Shown here: piece by piece, positions 25,115-36,230 of the stretch
How positions within the stretch are numbered: position 1 is the stretch's first letter
How the letters are laid out: the number at the start of each line of letters is the position of its first letter
NCBI GenBank assembly: GCA_002269645.1
Contig: NIVC01003159.1
Span: 1 to 64,000 of the forward strand
DNA from: Macrostomum lignano
Lineage: Eukaryota
Length of the DNA: 64,000 nucleotides
Reading direction: 5' to 3'
Notes under the pieces: model-generated
Told to the model about the DNA's origin: nothing
The model's input: the letters and a program-made list of their open reading frames with translations, nothing else
The model's database searches: none
Made by a program: the position numbers and the translations under genes

Positions 25115-26062
25115 TACCAGTATCAAATACCGGAGGGTCTAAGGACTAAGCTACCAGTATCAAATACCGGAGGGTCTAAGGACTAAGCTACCAGTATCCA
25201 ATACTGGAGGGGTCTAAGGACTAAGCTACCAGTATCAAATACCGGAGGGTCTAAGGACTAAGCTACCAGTATCCAATACTGGAGGGGTCTAAGGACTAAG
25301 CTACCAGTATCCAATACTGGAGGGTCTAAGGACTAAGCTACCAGTATCCAATACCGGAGGGTCTAAGGACTAAGCTACCAGTATCCAATACTGGAGGGTC
25401 TAAGGACTAAGATACCAGTATCCAATACCGGAGGGTCTAAGGACTAAGCTACCAGTATCCAATACTGGAGGGTCTAAGGACTAAGCTACCAGTATCAAAT
25501 ACCTGGAGGGTCTAAGGACTAAGCTACCAGTATCCAATACTGGAGGGTCTAAGGACTAAGATACCAGTATCCAATACCGGAGGGTCTAAGGACTAAGCTA
25601 CCAGTATTCAATACTGGAGGGTCTTAGGACTAAGCTACCAGTATCAAATACCGGAGGGTCTAAGGACTAAGCTACCAGTATCAATACCGGAGGGTCTAAG
25701 GACTAAGCTACCAGTATTCAATACTGGAGGGTCTTAGGACTAAGCTACCAGTATCAAATACCGGAGGGTCTAAGGACTAAGCTACCAGTATTCAATACTG
25801 GAGGGTCTTAGGACTAAGCTACCAGTATCAAATACCGGAGGGTCTAAGGACTAAGCTACCAGTATCAAATACCGGAGGGTCTAAGGACTAAGCTACCAGT
25901 ATCCAATACTGGAGGGTCTAAGGACTAAGCTACCAGTATCCAATACCGGAGGATCTAAGGACTAAGCTACCAGTATCTAATATCGGAGGATCTAAGGACT
26001 AAGCTACCAGTATCCAATACCGGAGGTTCTAAGGACTAAGATACCAGTCTCAAATACCGGAA
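25115..26062. repeat. 37-bp minisatellite (AAGGACTAAGCTACCAGTATCCAATACTGGAGGGTCT)n
   Basis: Period of 37 (25141 to 25178); about 25 copies. Confidence 0.95.
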
Positions 26063-26709
26063 GCTCTCAGTTCTCACTAGAAGCAGTCAAAATCTTTCGT
26101 CGCGCAATCATTCCGGACTAGCCAAATCCCGCTGCAACTCTGCGGCTGAAGTGCCGGGCGTGTGTTGATGTACTGCACTGCGCCTGACTCACCTGAGTTC
26201 AGTTACGAGTAACTCTAAACTAGCCAACCGGCCTAACTAGCCAAACCAGCCTATACTCAGCAGTGATCGATTCTAAGCTTTAAGCCCACTCACTTGTTTG
26301 TCTTTTAAGCCTATATATTGGTCTCGCCACCTACCACCTCGTATCTTCAATCATTGCAATATCTTGCTCGTCTCAAATATACAACTTCGTGCGTGACTCA
26401 AACCAAGCCTACGGGCAGCCTTGTCATCGTTTACTGGCAGCGACTTGACAACATTCGCAACTTTTTTTAGCTTGTGTAGTTTTAAGCTTATGATGTTTGC
26501 TGTCTTTCGCTGAGGGGAAATTCGAACTTGTGAAAGGAACGCCTTCAGTGTGTTTGTGTGCAAGGGTCAGGGGAGCTGGATTATGTTGAAATTCTGTAGC
26601 ATCCGATTTCCGTAATGAATTCCAGGAATGCTCTTTAGAGTTTGCGCGAGAGTATATTTCTTCCTTTTTCCTTTTTCCTTTTTTCCTCAAGGCAGCTCGC
26701 AGCTTAGTA

Positions 26710-27303
26710 TTGGTTTTTGCATGCTAAGTGAGACATTTTTCAAGAATCTGAGACTGAATAGCAAAAACACTATTGTCTATGGCCACCCTCGCTGCAGCCC
26801 AGCTTTTTGGGATCACCTTGCAAGCAAAGTGAGACATTTTTTCAAGCTAAGTGAGAACCATATTGAAAACAAAGGCTGGGCTATGGCAAATCAACTGCGT
26901 CTAACAAGCAACGAGGATAGAGAGCGCCTGGTCAATGCCGTCGAAGATGGTTACTCAATTTCGACAGCGTCCAAAATCCTTAATCTGAACAAGAAGACGG
27001 CCTATCGGATATGGAGTCGCTACGAAGCTACTGGTGAATTCCATGCGTTGCAACGCGGTGGCCGCAAGCCGGGGTCAACAAAAATGGACAAATATATAGT
27101 TTCCGACAGTACATCATTTTGTAATTTCGTAAAACCACCCCTTTTTCAATATGGTTCTCACTTAGCTTGAAAAAATGTCTCACTTTACTTGCAAGGCGCG
27201 CCCAAAAAGCTGGGCTGCAGCGAGGGATGGCCATAGACAATAGTGTTTTTGCTATTCAGTCTCAGATTGCTTGAAAATGTCTCACTTAGCATGCAAAAAC
27301 CAA
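26710..27303 (+). mobile_element. Internally deleted Tc1/IS630-like DNA transposon (594 bp) retaining the N-terminal HTH
   Basis: TIRs of ~160 bp (26710-26869 and 27143-27303) with TA on both sides (26708-09, 27304-05). Internal direct repeats TAAGTGAGACATTTT lie within the TIRs. The coding stretch from ATG 26883 reads MANQLRLTSNEDRERLVNAVEDGYSISTASKILNLNKKTAYRIWSRYEATGEFHALQRGGRKP (paired-like HTH followed by RGGRK). No DDE domain. Confidence 0.85.
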
Positions 27304-27850
27304 TACTTAAAACAAAGTATCAGAGCAGAATCATAACAAAATAAGTCTATGGCAGAAAAGAGAGACACACGTAGGATCATATACCACAAATTCAAAAATA
27401 TTTACAATTTTTCTGTGTTCTGTATGACGCGCCACTGTCCGTTTCTCAGCATTTAACGAACTTTTGCAAAATTGAAAGTAAAAAATGCGAATGCAGATAT
27501 TCTTCTTGGTGTTCCTGTACAGACAGGGTACAAATTCAATTTGTTCCTAAATCTATCGGATCTGGGATCTGTAAAACACAATCGTCTGTGAATTTATTAT
27601 TAAGGATTCAGGACCTGAGATCTAAATTTAGGATCTACTGCGGTCTAGGGATTAGGGATCTGGGAACCCTACTTTAACTGACTACTGAATTACAAGTAAT
27701 CAAATCTTTTTCGCTGCTAACTTATTTCTCATTGGCTAATTTGAATGCCAATGAGAATGCAATCGTTTCGGCGCGACTGCAAAGCATACTTAACGCACGC
27801 GACTGCAAAGCAACCGCCCAGCAACCATAATTCATAGTGGAGTATCGAGA

Positions 27851-28513
27851 ATGCGTCAGTTTTTCATCCTAGCTTTGCTAATCCCTGCCGGCCTGTGCAG
27901 CACAAATTTATTCAACATCGAAAGACGCCAGAGCGCCGAGGCCCCAGCTGCATCAAAGCTCATCGCAGGTCGCGGCCGCATCCAGTGCGCCAGGGACTGC
28001 GCACAGGCGCCCGACTGCTTCGGTTTCAGCTGGCTGGAGGGCCTCTGCCGACTCTTCAGCTGGTCTGCCTTCGTCAGTCAGCCCTGGCAGAGCTCTGGCC
28101 TATGCGATGTCTACGTCAGAAAGATTGAAACAGGCTCAAGGAGACTGCAGTTTGTTGGCTGTCAGCAGAGCTCAAACCCAGATAACTGCGGCCGCGCCAT
28201 TGACGGAAACAGGAACCAGAGATACTTCGCCTATTCCTGCACTCACACAAAAAATGACCCATCCGAATGGTGGGAGGGCCAGCTCGCTGCCCCATCGCTA
28301 ATCAGTTACGTCACCATCTACAACAGGCAGGACTGCTGCGCTGAGCGACTCAATAACTTCTCGCTATTGTTGGACGGAGTTGAGTGCAACCAGGTGAACT
28401 TGGCTGTGCCGTTCTCCGTTGCCAACTTTACCTGCAACGCCTTTGGCAGCAGAATCCGCGTGGTTAACCGGCACAACTATCTCACCATCTGCGAGTTGGA
28501 GGCCTACAACTGA
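27851..28513 (+). CDS. Secreted PAN/apple + F-type (fucolectin) domain protein, 220 aa, intronless
   Basis: Signal peptide MRQFFILALLIPAGLCS. PAN pattern IQCARDCAQAPDCFGFSWLEGLCRL. F-type lectin motifs AIDGN, SCTHT, PSEWW, NRQDCCAERL and LTICELEAY, including the canonical His...RxDxxxxR fucose-binding residues. Confidence 0.88.
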   Translation: MRQFFILALLIPAGLCSTNLFNIERRQSAEAPAASKLIAGRGRIQCARDCAQAPDCFGFSWLEGLCRLFSWSAFVSQPWQSSGLCDVYVRKIETGSRRLQFVGCQQSSNPDNCGRAIDGNRNQRYFAYSCTHTKNDPSEWWEGQLAAPSLISYVTIYNRQDCCAERLNNFSLLLDGVECNQVNLAVPFSVANFTCNAFGSRIRVVNRHNYLTICELEAYN

Positions 28514-29037
28514 ACCTCAACAAAATTATTGGCGTGCAGCTACTAAGTTGATGAACAATTGAAGGTTGAACTTAGCGAATTAAAACTACTTAAGAATACA
28601 ATTTCAAATTGGAAGCAAATTTGTAATTTATGTTTCGCTAAATTAGGGTGAATGAGAGTCAGAAACAGTCAAAAGTTCCACCCTCCAAGCGAGATGAAAA
28701 TTGTTTGACTTATTGCGACAACTTCTCACTCACAATTCAATTACCCTCAAGTTACGCAACTAAGCCGCCGCGAGGAAGGGAAATTTGATTGAATCAATAA
28801 TAAACGTCATTCGCACAAAATCATAACAAATATATTTCTATGCAATACGCTGTTAGAATCAAGATGCTTGATAACGCGTGTGGGATCCCCTCGCACGCAG
28901 AAGTGCGGCGACTCTGCGGGGCATCCCCAGGACGAGGCCTGGAAGAAAGTCCTGGGAAAGCTGCTGCCGCCAAGCGATTTCCATCTCACGACGCAGCTCC
29001 GCAACATTCTGTGGTGGATTCTCTTTTCGAATGGCTA

Positions 29038-29608
29038 CCGGACATTTGCCCTCCGGCATTTCCCCTCCGGACATTTGCCCTCGAGGACATTTGCCCTCGG
29101 GGACATTTGCCCTCCGGACATTTGCCCTCCGGACATTTGCCCTCGGGGACATTTCCCCTCCGGACATTTGCCCTCCGGACATTTCCCCTCTGGAAAAGTA
29201 CAGGTAAGGCTGGGGATAGGGTAGGGCGCGGGTATATATTGCTTACTAGAAAAGGATGAGTTGTTGGCTGGAGAAGAACCTGATGGATGCAAGAGGCGGG
29301 AGGATGAGGTTGGTGCTGGAGGAACGACGGGTGGGTACAGGAGGAGGTGAGGTGAGTAATGTGCGAGGGGGTAAATTTGCAGAGGGCAAATGTGCGGAGG
29401 GGAAATGTCCGGAGGGCAAATGTCCGGAGGGCAAATGTCCAGAGGGCAAATGTCCCCGAGGGCAAATGTCCCCGAGGGGAAATGTCCGGAGGGCAAATGT
29501 CCGGAGGGGAAATGTCCCGGAGGGCAAATGTCCGGAGGGCAAGCGCCGCCGAGGGGAAGTGCCGGAGGGCAAGTGCCGGAGGGGAAGTGCCGGAGGGCAA
29601 ATGTCCGG
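29038..29608. mobile_element. Foldback-type non-autonomous element (571 bp) with inverted 15-bp repeat arrays
   Basis: Perfect 21-bp terminal IR CCGGACATTTGCCCTCCGGCA (29038-29058 and 29588-29608). (GGACATTTGCCCTCC)n on the left and its complement on the right surround a ~190-bp spacer. TSD unclear. Confidence 0.7.
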
Positions 29609-30687
29609 AAGCGAGTTGTATCTGTTCTTCCAGTTGACTAACAGCATCGGCTCGGTGTGGCGGCCTAATGGTACCATTAAGCAGACCCAAGCCACCCCCA
29701 GGTGGCTAATAAGCTTCGCGCGTGCCGTAAGTTGCGTCACTCGTAAGTGAGAAAATGCATCTCGCTTGTACGGTGGAACTTTTGACTGTTGCTGAGTATA
29801 TTTTGATAAATCTAATAAATTAGCGCTATTTAACGGCGTTATTAGATGAGGTTCTTCTCGGCTGGCCTTCCAGTGCGTGTGGAAATTTGAGAGTTTGAAG
29901 CAATTATTTTTCCTTCTCCCGCTCCGAGGCTGCCGTGACTTGTGGAGCTGAATGGCCGTAAAGGAGAAATGCAGGCCATTGAAGCGGGTTCGAAGATGGG
30001 AGCAGTGCTTCTGCGCAGTTACCTTGTGACCCGCAGCCTTCGCTATCCGCGCCATCAAGTACAATGGATCTCAACGAGAATTTCTTTATTCAGGCGACCA
30101 TTGTTTCCTTGCCAAGACAGTTTAGTGGGAAACCTGCGCAGAAGCAGCTCTTACTCAAGACTTTCTGCTTCTCCTTTGTCTGAAAAGGTTTTTGTCTGAA
30201 AATTTTTTACAGAAAGTCACGTGCTTGCGGATACAGAATCGGTGGCCTCTCAGCAATAGTTTACCCGTGAGATTTTCTACTGACATTTTCTGCAGCATGT
30301 CAAATTCAAGAAAGTTCCATGCTCTGTTGAAAAAAGAAGCTGACGGAATATCATGTAAAACTGTGTAGCCAAAATAATGCGCAATGTCCAGAGACGATGC
30401 AAGGTCCAACTCCGAGATCACAGCTCAAATGCAAAGCAATTTGTTGGCATGTTTGCATCCACAGAAGCAGCTACCCATGTAGTCAAGAAAAGGGGCGGCT
30501 GCACGGCTGCACTGACTTGCGTATGCGACGCATGGCAACTAAAGTCGCAACTCGCAAATCGTGTCAATGTCAGTGGGAGGCCCGTTTAGCATGAGCAAGC
30601 AAAGCATGCAGTGTAGGACTTTTTCAATCTATTAGAAATGACGTAATTGACAATATTTTATTGGCAATCGATAGTGAATTCGAATTG

Positions 30688-31002
30688 GGCGCCAGCTACA
30701 GAGGGGCGCCAGCTACAGAGGGGGCGCCAGCTACAGAGGGGGCGCCAGCCACAGATGGGTAAGAGCTACGGAGGGGCGCCAGCTACAAAGGGGCGCCAGC
30801 TACAGAGGGGCGCCAGCTACAGAGGGGCGCCAGCTACAGAGGGGGCGCCAGCTACAGAGGGGGCGCCAGCCACAGATGGGTAAGAGCTACGGAGGGGCGC
30901 CAGCTACAAAGGGGGCGCCAGCTACAGAGGGGGCGCCAGCCACAGATGGGTAAGAGCTACGGAGGGCGCCAGCTACAAAGGGGGCGCCAGCTACAGAGGG
31001 GG
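30688..31002. repeat. 16-17-bp minisatellite (GGGGCGCCAGCTACAGA)n with interspersed CACAGATGGGTAAG variants
   Basis: Visible directly in the sequence. Confidence 0.9.
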
Positions 31003-31799
31003 CGGCTTTATACAACCCACAGAAAAAATGCTGCGGCTTTAGTGGCGATGAAGCAACAAATCTGTTTCTGCAGTCTCCGTGGTACAAGCGCGTCAATGCG
31101 AAGGCTGCATGCCAGACGACTAACCTGCCGGATTCGTGCTGTGTGGAGGTCGGGGCGAAGTGCAGATAATATTTGAAGGAGGCTCGATATAGGAATCTTG
31201 AGCACGAAGTAAGCTCAAATGTGTTGTGCCAGCGTGCACATGCACTGTTGAGCGATCTATTTAGCCCCCAGTGAGGGTGAACCCGTCATTGCACCTTTCC
31301 TCATGCTCACCACCCCGCTCTGTCTGGTGGCCCCAATTGCTAATTGCTAAGATGTTTACGCGCCAGCCTTGCGACCGCCCCACCCCCCTTTCTGTGTGAT
31401 TGGCTGAACTACTCGCCCCACGCTCCCCCGTTCCCCAGTTACGATTTGATTCGTTGTGTACACGCTTGTGCCGACCAATCGGCGGCCGAGAAATGGCTGT
31501 TGGGTCCTAATTCCAAACCCTATAGAGATTTAGGTTGGGGTTTGTTTGTGACAAATATCAATATGTGTTGGGGGTGAGCGAGGAAGAGCGCCCTTATTGA
31601 ACCTATCTCGACGACTAAGTTTACAACGAGAAACGCTCCAACGGTTGAAACCTCTTGGCCGCTCTGCCTCGCTCCACCGTGTAGTATAGCTACCAGTCTT
31701 CAAAGGAAATTAACAGCGAGTTTTTTCGCTTAAGTTGCTTGGGAACACTGCCTTCGGGAACGTTCAAGGTGTGGGATCTAAGGACGGACCGGCTCAGTG

Positions 31800-33300
31800 T
31801 CTTGACGCGATCTCACGCTCAGCCATTTGTCTGGTACTGTGATGATTTGAGACTGAAACAACCAAGATTGCCACCAAGTCTCGCAAATAAATCTTCGATC
31901 CCCTCGCTGTGGGTAGTGCTCTTGCTTTGCGACCTAGTTAAATGTGCACTTGTAGTCTCCGCGTATTCGTACAGAACCGTCCTTCTTTACTACTGGCACA
32001 ATCGGGGCAGCCCATCGAGAATCCGCTATTGCAGTGATGATTCCTTCTGATTTCATGCGCTGAAGCTCTAAATCGATGGTCTCGCGCAGAGCATAGGGAA
32101 TCGTTTGCGCTTTGTAAAAACTTGGCGTTGTGTTTTCTTGTAAATGGAGATCGACTTCACTGAGGCGATACTTACCGAGACCCTCGGCGAAGACATCCAG
32201 AAACTGACAGACCAGCTCAGTGGCCATATCGTTAGGTGCCATCATCACTGCCATCACCGAGTTGGTGGGTGCCGTCAAGAGAGGCCAGTCTATAGGCGGA
32301 TGACGGTTAGCCAGTCGCGTCCCAGGAGTCGAGCGCTGCCTTCAGACACCACCAGTAGCCACCTGTCCTCCGTAAGTGACCTTCACTGTTACTTCTCCGA
32401 TTGGAGAGAACTCCTCGTCCGTGTAGGTTCGTAGAGTCGTATTGGACGGATGCAGTCGCAGGTGAGAGACAGATGGTTATCATAGAATGTCTTGGGAACG
32501 AGACTTACAGCAGATTCTGTGTCCAGCTCGAAATTGAGATTGCACTTCCTCGATTTGCAGGGGTATCAGAATCGGGGACTTGGAAGTCATTGAGACATGA
32601 AATATTGGCTCCTCCTCGTAGTTTTCTTCATCGTACTGCGACCCGGTTTTATTCTCCTCCAGGAGTTTCACAGATTTTGCTGAGCTGCAAACCTTCCTAA
32701 TGTGGCCAACCTTCACGCAAGCATGGCATTTCGAGTTTCGGAATTTACAGTTCTGACGCGAATGCAGACCTCCACAGCTGTCGCAGGTGCCTGGCTTGGA
32801 TGCTGATCCAGCGGGAGCAGTGTGTGTTGCAGCGCTCTCGGGCCGCCACTGAGGGATTCGCACTGACGATTGACGATTTGTGAGCAGCTTCGAGGTCCAA
32901 GGCCAGTTTGATCACCCCAGCATACGAATGATCCGAACTCTCGAGTAGCTTAGAGCGGAAATTGTCGCTTCTCATTCCGAACAAAAATTGATCTCGAAGT
33001 CGCTCCTGAAGGCATCCACCGAAATTGCAATGGTTTGCAGCGTTTTTCAGTCCTGCCAAGAAGTTAGCGAAAGATTCACCATCTTGCTGAAGACGTTGCT
33101 GAAATTTGAAACGTACGGCGACCTCCGAAGGTTCGGGCGAGCAATGCTTCTTTAGTATGTCGTGCAGCTCTTCGATATTTTTAAGTCAGTTTCTGTGGCT
33201 GACACAAGTCGCGAAGCAATTTGTAGTACTTCTCACTAATGGCAGTAAGAAAGATAGCACGCTTGGCCTCGGCAGTCTCAACCTTGTTGAAATCCCAGGA
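31800..33300 (-). mobile_element. Degenerate Ty3/Gypsy LTR retrotransposon (gag, protease, 5' part of RT)
   Basis: Gag: KRAIFLTAISEKYYKLLRDLC, RFKFQQRLQQDGES, NHCNFG..LRDQF. Zinc knuckles CDSCGGLHSRQNC and CHACVKVGHIRKVC. The protease motif is frameshifted and reads FELDTE (expected DTG). RT start IPYALRETIDLEL..SRWAAPIVPVVKKDGSVRIRGDYK, truncated soon after. No LTRs found. Confidence 0.9.
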
Positions 33301-35261
33301 AAAAAATTGTTTTTATTTTTTTATAGAAAGTTTTGTAGTATGAACATACTTGGGCCCAAAACTAGTTTATTATACTGCGTGCTAATTTCCGTTATTTGCC
33401 TCACGTCGCGTGGCGTCTTTTTAAACCTGTCTGTCAGAATTTTCGTTTTCGTTTTTCAAATTACCTAATGGACAGACTTGGTAATTGGTTTTGATTGGTA
33501 GTTGATAAGCTTCCGCTTGGTTGGTTGGTACCTGGTACCTTGTAGTTGCTAGTTGCTCTAGTATCTGATGCTGTGTGAGAGCGAGAGTAGATAGTCTCAG
33601 TAGATCGAGTCAATTTAGAGCTTCTGGAACTTTATTAATACTTTTCTTTCTACACGTTTCTACTTTATACTGTATGCTGTACATTCGACAGATAAGCTTT
33701 AACAGTACACGATACATACATGTAATTTGTGGCATCAAAGATTTAAATGTAAAATTTAATGCAATGTAAATTTTGATTAGATTTGCTTCTTAACTACTAA
33801 TATAGTAGTACTTTTAAGCTACTTAAATACGTCACAAGATAATGCTGTTTTTAATCTACAAATAGATCATTAACTATATAACAATAACAAACAGAAGCAA
33901 AAAACGTTTAGCGCATATTTTGACTTAAAATTTTAACCCAGAAGCTTAAAAATCAGTATTTTTTTGATCCCGGAACTGAATATCGGGATTGGCCAAATTC
34001 CGGGATCGCAAAAAACAGGGATTTTGCAATCCTTATTCGAAAGTGACACGTTGGTCTTTCATATTGTATTTAGAATTGAGTGGTTTCGATGAATGACGCA
34101 CACAGCGGAGAAGTACTGTACTTATAAATAGGAATCGATCAGCTCAGTGGAGGGGGAGGGTGTAAAATGGAAAGATAAATTAAGCAGCCAAACGCACAGT
34201 TCATCGATATAAGATAGCCAATTCACAGGTACCAGATTTGCACCTGTTTGCTTGAGTTGCTTCATACAAACGCTTTAAATGGGCCAGTCTGCCTCTGGTG
34301 CATACATGTAAGCCAAATTCAGTTGGCGTTAGTTTGGAGTATATCGGCGAAATTCGTGTGCAAATTAGATTAGCTAGCTATAATAATTCGACTGCATGCT
34401 GACATTGCCCAAAATTTCTCTTCATGACAATGGCAATGGCCGGCCATTACCTAGAATTCCAATTTTAATGCAACCATTGCAAAGCGTATCTTGCATCACT
34501 AATTTAAACTTTGATTTTAAGATTCAAATGATTAAACTACATAGGAATTGCAAAAATCTAGAGTACAAACAGCACAGTATCAGCGTATCATGTCATTTTT
34601 GTAGGTGAGAACATCATACTGCTGGTCGAGCCCTCTTTTGTGTGATCCCTCAGAAAAATTGGCCTCATTTGATGGCGGTGTGAATGAGCCTTTAAACAAT
34701 GATGCTCATCGGAAGTCAGAGTTTAAGGCAATGAGTCAGCTAACTCATTAATTTGAGCACTAACCTCGCATGAGCGTGTTTACTCAACCAGTAACTGACT
34801 GCTCGTGACTTCTCGACTATGCGCCCAAAAAAGAAAAATTATATTAAAGGCTTTTCTTCATTGGCATATCATTGGCAGTCTGCATTGAAGCAGAGAGTTG
34901 ATCTCTGTAATGATTGTCACCCATGCGGATTTTTTAGTTTAATTTAAAGATTTTTGGGACTGCGTTCATCTTCTAGAGCAGTGCTAATCTGCTGTGAGAA
35001 GTGCAAACTCACAGAGAGTATTACGAACCTGGGGGAGCAGTGCTGAGCTGTGGGGAGTGGGGAATCTGGGGGAGGGTAGTAATTCGGGGAAGCTGTGCTA
35101 ATCTGACTTATGCAATAAAGTAATAGCTAAGTATAAGAGGAATGCAAATCAAATTATAATTGAAAGTTGCAAACATTAAGTTTCGATTTATTGAGAAATA
35201 TGGAGATTTGTGGATAACTGCTCAGGGATTGTGCGAAACAGTGCAGGTGAAGCATTGCTAA

Positions 35262-35627
35262 ACTACTGGTGAAGCATTGCTAAACTACTGGTGAAGCATT
35301 GCTAAACTGCTGGTGAACCATTGCTAAAATGCTGGTGAACCATTGCTAAACTACTGGTGAAGCATTGCTAAACTGCTAGTGAACCATTGCTAAACTGCTG
35401 GTGAACCATTGGTAAACTGCTGGTGAACCATTGCTAAACTGCTGGTGAACCATTGGTAAACTGCTGGTGAACCATTGCTAAACTGCTGGTGAACCATTGG
35501 TAAACTGCTGGTGAACCATTGCTAAACTGCTGGTGAACCATTGGTAAACTGCTGGTGAAACATTGCTAAACTGCTGGTGAACCATTGCTAAACTGCTGGT
35601 GAACCATTGGTAAACTACTGGTGAACC
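35262..35627. repeat. 22-bp minisatellite (CTGCTGGTGAACCATTGCTAAA)n
   Basis: About 16 copies. Confidence 0.95.
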
Positions 35628-36230
35628 ACACAGGAGTCTTACTACTCTCAACTCTCGACTCTTCTATCGTTCCAAACTTTGCATCATTCATAATTCGCCC
35701 ATGGTGAACTCCCAGCGGCCTCGGCCACCCGAAGCAAATGCGGCGGCTTTGCAGCCACCAGATGCGCCCCGCAATCCAAGACGGACTCAGCGCCTTCGAA
35801 TACAGCCTGTGTGACTTCAATGAACTGCAGTCAGCTGCAGAGCCATCCCCACTGCCTCTGAGAGAGGCAACCCCTGTTAAAAGCTGTAGCTGCCTGGTTG
35901 CCATGGCGACCGCAGCTATTGTATATTTCTGACTTGGGGCTTTTGTATTGCAAGGTCTGCCTGCTGTGCGACTGCGGACTGAATTTTGCAAATGCTGAGA
36001 GATCACGGCAGAGTCAGCTTAGCTGGTGAGTCTGTTGAGCAAAGGACATGAGCTGGGCCTCCGCCCTCTGCATCCGCCTTCTACACCTGCCTTCTACATC
36101 CACCTTCTACATCCGCACTCTACATCCGGCCCTCTGCATCCCTCCGTCTTCCTCACAAGTATTATCTCACCAGACCTGGAACTCCGCAGTGAGGTGACGG
36201 CTTTCACCCACTACTCCATATTCAGAACAA

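Noticed and set aside
28807-30064. ORFs with GKCPE/GHLPS repeats
   Set aside because: Translations of the foldback element arrays.
31560-33500. LTRs, PBS and PPT for the Gypsy remnant
   Set aside because: No direct-repeat pair found. The candidate PBS near 33400 is too degenerate to support.
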